From an uncultured Spirochaetota bacterium (GTDB lineage: Bacteria > Spirochaetota > Spirochaetia > SZUA-6 > Fen-1364): a stretch of DNA of 64,000 nt. The first letter of the stretch is position 1. Each line of letters begins with the position of its first letter. Below are positions 60,785 to 64,000 of this stretch, one piece after another. The position numbers and the translations under genes are program-made. The stretch lies in assembly GCA_963845535.1 (NCBI GenBank), contig CAWJSK010000012.1:1-64000 (forward strand), written 5' to 3'. The notes under the pieces are model-generated. The model ran no database searches and was not told the origin of the DNA. It saw nothing but the letters and a program-made list of their open reading frames with translations.

Positions 60785-61771
60785 TCAGGAGCCCGGCCGC
60801 GAGCCATCCGAAGCCAGCTGGAGGACGCGATGCGCCGTTGGCGCGTCCACAATCAGCTCTGTCATGTAGCCAGCGCGGAGCGCCGCCAGGAGCCCCGCCG
60901 CCTTTGCGAGCCCCGAAACCACGCAGATGCCATGGCGGGCCTTCTCGAAGAGGGTAAGAGGGGGTCCGCTTGCCCGGGCGTTGATCTTGATGTCTGACCA
61001 GCTCCCATCCGCGCGGAAGAAGACCGTGGCAATGTCACCGATCACCTTGTCCTTCTTGAGGGCTTCCTGATCCTCGCGCTCGAGGTAGCCGCCGGCGTGG
61101 ATGTGGCTGGGCACCCCGGCGGAGACAGCGCCAATGCTGTACAGGAGCACATCCGCCTTGTGCTGGAGCTGCAACACCCGGCGGACACTCTTTTCTCTCC
61201 ACATCGCCTCCTTGGTCTCCTTGCGATCGAAGAAGGTCGGCACGGGAAGGAGATAGACACGGGCGTTGTAGGCGTCCGCGAAGACCTTCAGGATGGTTGC
61301 CGCATAACTGTTGTCGTACATGAAGGTATTTCCCGACCCGTTCAGCTGGACAATGGACAAGTCATAGACGTTTGTAGGCACAAGGTGCTCGCTGATGGCG
61401 CTCATTGTGGTCCCCCAGGCGACGCCGACGGAGGAATGCGCCTTCAGGACGGTGTTCAGATGTCTGGCCGCATACTTCGCCACGCGCTCCAGCCAGATCA
61501 CCTCGTCCAGCACCTCGGGGACGCTCACGATATGCACGGCATCGAGCTGGAACTGCGCCTTGATGAGCTCCTCCATGGGAAGGAGCTGGTCCTGCTTGTC
61601 ACGGACCCTGATCTCTACGAGCCCCTGCTTCTTTGCGAGGCTGAGGAGCCGCGAAACGGTAGGACGAGACACGTTCAGCTCTTTTGCGATTTGCTGCGTG
61701 GTAAGGTCGGAGTAGTAGTAGAGTTTGGCGACCTTGGCGGCGTCCTGGAGGGACTTGTCCGTATACTGCAC
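60785..61771 (-). CDS. SorC/DeoR-family sugar-binding transcriptional regulator
   Basis: AKLYY..LTTQQIAKELNVSRPTVSRLL, GVAWGTT, IGDIATVFF; the start codon is uncertain. Confidence 0.92.
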   Translation of the reverse strand: MQYTDKSLQDAAKVAKLYYYSDLTTQQIAKELNVSRPTVSRLLSLAKKQGLVEIRVRDKQDQLLPMEELIKAQFQLDAVHIVSVPEVLDEVIWLERVAKYAARHLNTVLKAHSSVGVAWGTTMSAISEHLVPTNVYDLSIVQLNGSGNTFMYDNSYAATILKVFADAYNARVYLLPVPTFFDRKETKEAMWREKSVRRVLQLQHKADVLLYSIGAVSAGVPSHIHAGGYLEREDQEALKKDKVIGDIATVFFRADGSWSDIKINARASGPPLTLFEKARHGICVVSGLAKAAGLLAALRAGYMTELIVDAPTAHRVLQLASDGSRPGS

Positions 61772-61850
61772 AAGGAATTCGTGCCGCGTAACGCTGAAAA
61801 AGTCAAGGAAGAGTGAAGGAAGAGTGAATGAAATACCGTTCATGTAATTC

Positions 61851-61879
61851 TTGACATTTGTTCATCCTGGCCTTATAAT
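61851..61879 (+). promoter_or_regulatory. Consensus sigma70 promoter for the G3P dehydrogenase operon
   Basis: TTGACA-17 bp-TATAAT exactly. Confidence 0.85.
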
Positions 61880-61973
61880 GAGTGATCCAAGCCTGAGATG
61901 GTATTCCTGCAAGTTTTCCCAAGGGGGGAAACCCGGGAAAAAGCTGGGCGTGGAGCGTGAGGGTGAGGCTTCT

Positions 61974-63587
61974 ATGCGTACACGATTTGATGTGCTCATC
62001 ATCGGGGCGGGCATCGTTGGCTGTCTGATCGCGCGGAGCCTCTCGAAGTTCAAGCTCTCCATCGGGGTTATTGACCGCGCAAACGACGTGGGGACAGGCG
62101 CAAGCGGCTCGAACAGCGCAATCATTCATTGCGGCCATGATCCCGAACCCGGGACGAACAAGGCCATCATGAACAGGCGCGGAAACGAGCTTTGGCGGCT
62201 CAAGATCGCAGAAGAGCTCGACGTTCCCTTCACGCAGACGGGAAGCTACATCATTGCGGTGGGGCCCGAGGAGTTTCCGCTGCTCAAGCCCCTCCTGGAG
62301 CGAGGGCAAGAGAACAAGATCGAGGGACTGGAGATCATCGGGCGGGATGCCTTGCTGGCAAAGGAGCCCTTGCTCTCTCCGCAGGTGAGCGGGGCGCTCT
62401 GGACGCCCACTGCTGGCGTTGTCGACCCCTTTGCGGGAGTCTATGCCGCCGCGGAAAACGCGGTGGTGAACGGAGTTACTATCATTCTGGATGCCGAGGT
62501 ACAAGACCTCGTGATCCAGGAAGGCGTCATCAAGGGCGTGGTGACCAGCCGTGGGGAGTACCAGGCGACATGGGTCATCAACTCCGCGGGCGTGCATTCT
62601 GATGACATCATACACATGGCAGGAGACCATCCGGAGTTCAAGATCAATCCGAGGAAAGGGGAGTACTTCATCTTCGATCCGGCGCGAATCCAGCTTACCA
62701 ACGTCTTGTTTCCCTTGCCCACGGAGAAAGGCAAAGGCATCCTGGTGACGACCACCGCGCATGGGAACGTCCTGATCGGCCCAAATTCGCAGGAAATTTC
62801 GGACAAGGATGATCTTGCATTGACGCGCCCCGGCATGGAGGAGGTCTTCAGCAACGCAAGGCGGCTCGTCCCCAGCCTCGACAAACGCGCCATCATAGCC
62901 AGTTTCGCGGGCGTGCGGGCGACGGGAAACTGGCACAAGGACTTTCTGATCGAGCATTCCGCATCCGCGAAAGGGCTGGTCAACCTTGGCGGGATCGAAT
63001 CGCCAGGATACGTCTCCGCGCCCGCAATCGCCGAGCGGGTCGAAGAAATGCTGCGCGAGGCAGGCGCGCGCCTTGTCGAGAAGGAGGGCTGGAATCCCCG
63101 CCGCGTTGCGCGGCCATCCTTCAAGAAGCTTTCCCATGAGGAGCGGGCCGCGCTGATCAAGGCAGAGCCGCTCTATGGCCGTATTGTGTGCCGGTGCGAG
63201 CAAGTGACGGAAGGCGAGGTTGTCGCCGCCATTCATTCTCCCGTCCCCGCCCGAAGCTACGATTCAGTGAAAAGGCGCTGCTGGCTGGGAACGGGACGCT
63301 GCCAGAGCGGCTTCGATACTCCGAGGGTTTTGGAGATCCTTTCCCGGGAGCTTGGCGTGCCCATGACGGCGGCGACAAAGAAAGGCGTCGGTTCCGAGTA
63401 CCTGTATCGGCGCACAAAAGACCAGCCCGGGGCAGAGACGCCCCCGCTGCCGAAGCCTTCGGCAGCTACGAAAAAAATGGCCACGCCAAACATGGCGGCG
63501 CAAGAAAAGGCCACGCGAAGAGTGGCGGTGCACGCGAAGGCCCGAAGAAGGCCGCCCCAGCACGGAAGAAGGCGCAATCATGAGTGA
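61974..63587 (+). CDS. FAD-dependent oxidoreductase with BFD-like [2Fe-2S] domain (glycerol-3-phosphate dehydrogenase GlpA-like)
   Basis: IIGAGIVG, SGSNSAIIH.G, PRKGEY, GIESPG, VCRCEQVTEGE, GRCQSGF. Confidence 0.88.
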   Translation: MRTRFDVLIIGAGIVGCLIARSLSKFKLSIGVIDRANDVGTGASGSNSAIIHCGHDPEPGTNKAIMNRRGNELWRLKIAEELDVPFTQTGSYIIAVGPEEFPLLKPLLERGQENKIEGLEIIGRDALLAKEPLLSPQVSGALWTPTAGVVDPFAGVYAAAENAVVNGVTIILDAEVQDLVIQEGVIKGVVTSRGEYQATWVINSAGVHSDDIIHMAGDHPEFKINPRKGEYFIFDPARIQLTNVLFPLPTEKGKGILVTTTAHGNVLIGPNSQEISDKDDLALTRPGMEEVFSNARRLVPSLDKRAIIASFAGVRATGNWHKDFLIEHSASAKGLVNLGGIESPGYVSAPAIAERVEEMLREAGARLVEKEGWNPRRVARPSFKKLSHEERAALIKAEPLYGRIVCRCEQVTEGEVVAAIHSPVPARSYDSVKRRCWLGTGRCQSGFDTPRVLEILSRELGVPMTAATKKGVGSEYLYRRTKDQPGAETPPLPKPSAATKKMATPNMAAQEKATRRVAVHAKARRRPPQHGRRRNHE

Positions 63588-64000
63588 CTACAACGTGGTT
63601 GTTGTAGGCGGAGGACCGGCGGGCATGGCGGCCGCAATCGAAGCCAAGAAGGCGGACGGTGCCCGGGTCCTTATCATCGAACGAAACACTGCTTTGGGAG
63701 GAATCCTCCCGCAGTGCATCCACAACGGGTTCGGCTCCGTCATCTTCGGGGCCGATCTGCCGGGGCCTGAGTATGCCCTGCGCTATCGTGACCAGGTGGA
63801 GAAGCTCGGCATCGACGTCATGCTGGATACCATCGTCACGGAGATTGCCCCGGACCGCGGGATCTACGCAATGAACAGCCATGACGGCTACATGCATTTC
63901 CGGCCTGACGCCATCGTTCTTGCCATGGGCTGCCGGGAGCGCACACGGTCCCAGATCCAGCTTCCCGGAGCCCGTTGCTCAGGCATCTTCTCCGCCGGCA
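63580..64000 (+). CDS. NAD(P)/FAD-dependent oxidoreductase (partner subunit), truncated by the window end
   Basis: MSDYNVVVVGGGPAGMAAA...GGILPQCIHNGFG...GPEYA...LAMGCRER. Confidence 0.9.
   Translation, partial: MSDYNVVVVGGGPAGMAAAIEAKKADGARVLIIERNTALGGILPQCIHNGFGSVIFGADLPGPEYALRYRDQVEKLGIDVMLDTIVTEIAPDRGIYAMNSHDGYMHFRPDAIVLAMGCRERTRSQIQLPGARCSGIFSAG

Overview
High-GC bacterial DNA, most likely from a free-living spirochaete. This is inferred from the 'AFAGGSSE'-type solute-binding-protein signal peptide, several YesM/YesN-type two-component systems and a spirochaete/plant-type G3P acyltransferase. Positions 1-39 and 46372-46410 are an exact 39-bp direct repeat of the 3' half of a tRNA-Arg(CCT), with a decayed third copy at 195-244, so about 46 kb looks like a tRNA-targeted genomic island with no integrase inside it. 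The island carries a DUF4258 toxin-antitoxin-like pair, IS91-like and ISAzo13 remnants, a cheW-MCP-PAS hybrid kinase cassette, a MalT-type regulator, an accessory ftsH and hdeD, and a 30-kb carbohydrate region with three two-component systems, three ABC importers and two GH31 enzymes. The most interesting part is a XylR-associated gene run that starts with GDP-mannose 3,5-epimerase, an atypical GHMP kinase and a tandem-domain nucleotidyltransferase, followed by a monosaccharide ABC importer. This is a candidate Leloir-like salvage route for an L-hexose such as L-galactose or L-gulose. Beyond the right att site lie BrnTA and AbiEii-type toxin-antitoxin genes, gene fragments, ArsR-rhodanese with an MFS transporter, a chemoreceptor fused to a PhnD-like domain, dhaK-dhaL-(dhaM-HPr-EI), lipid genes, an 84-aa protein with four 18-aa repeats, and the start of a glycerol-3-phosphate dehydrogenase operon. 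Several genes have single-base frameshifts that look like sequencing errors. All calls come from motif recognition by eye; no database searches were run.
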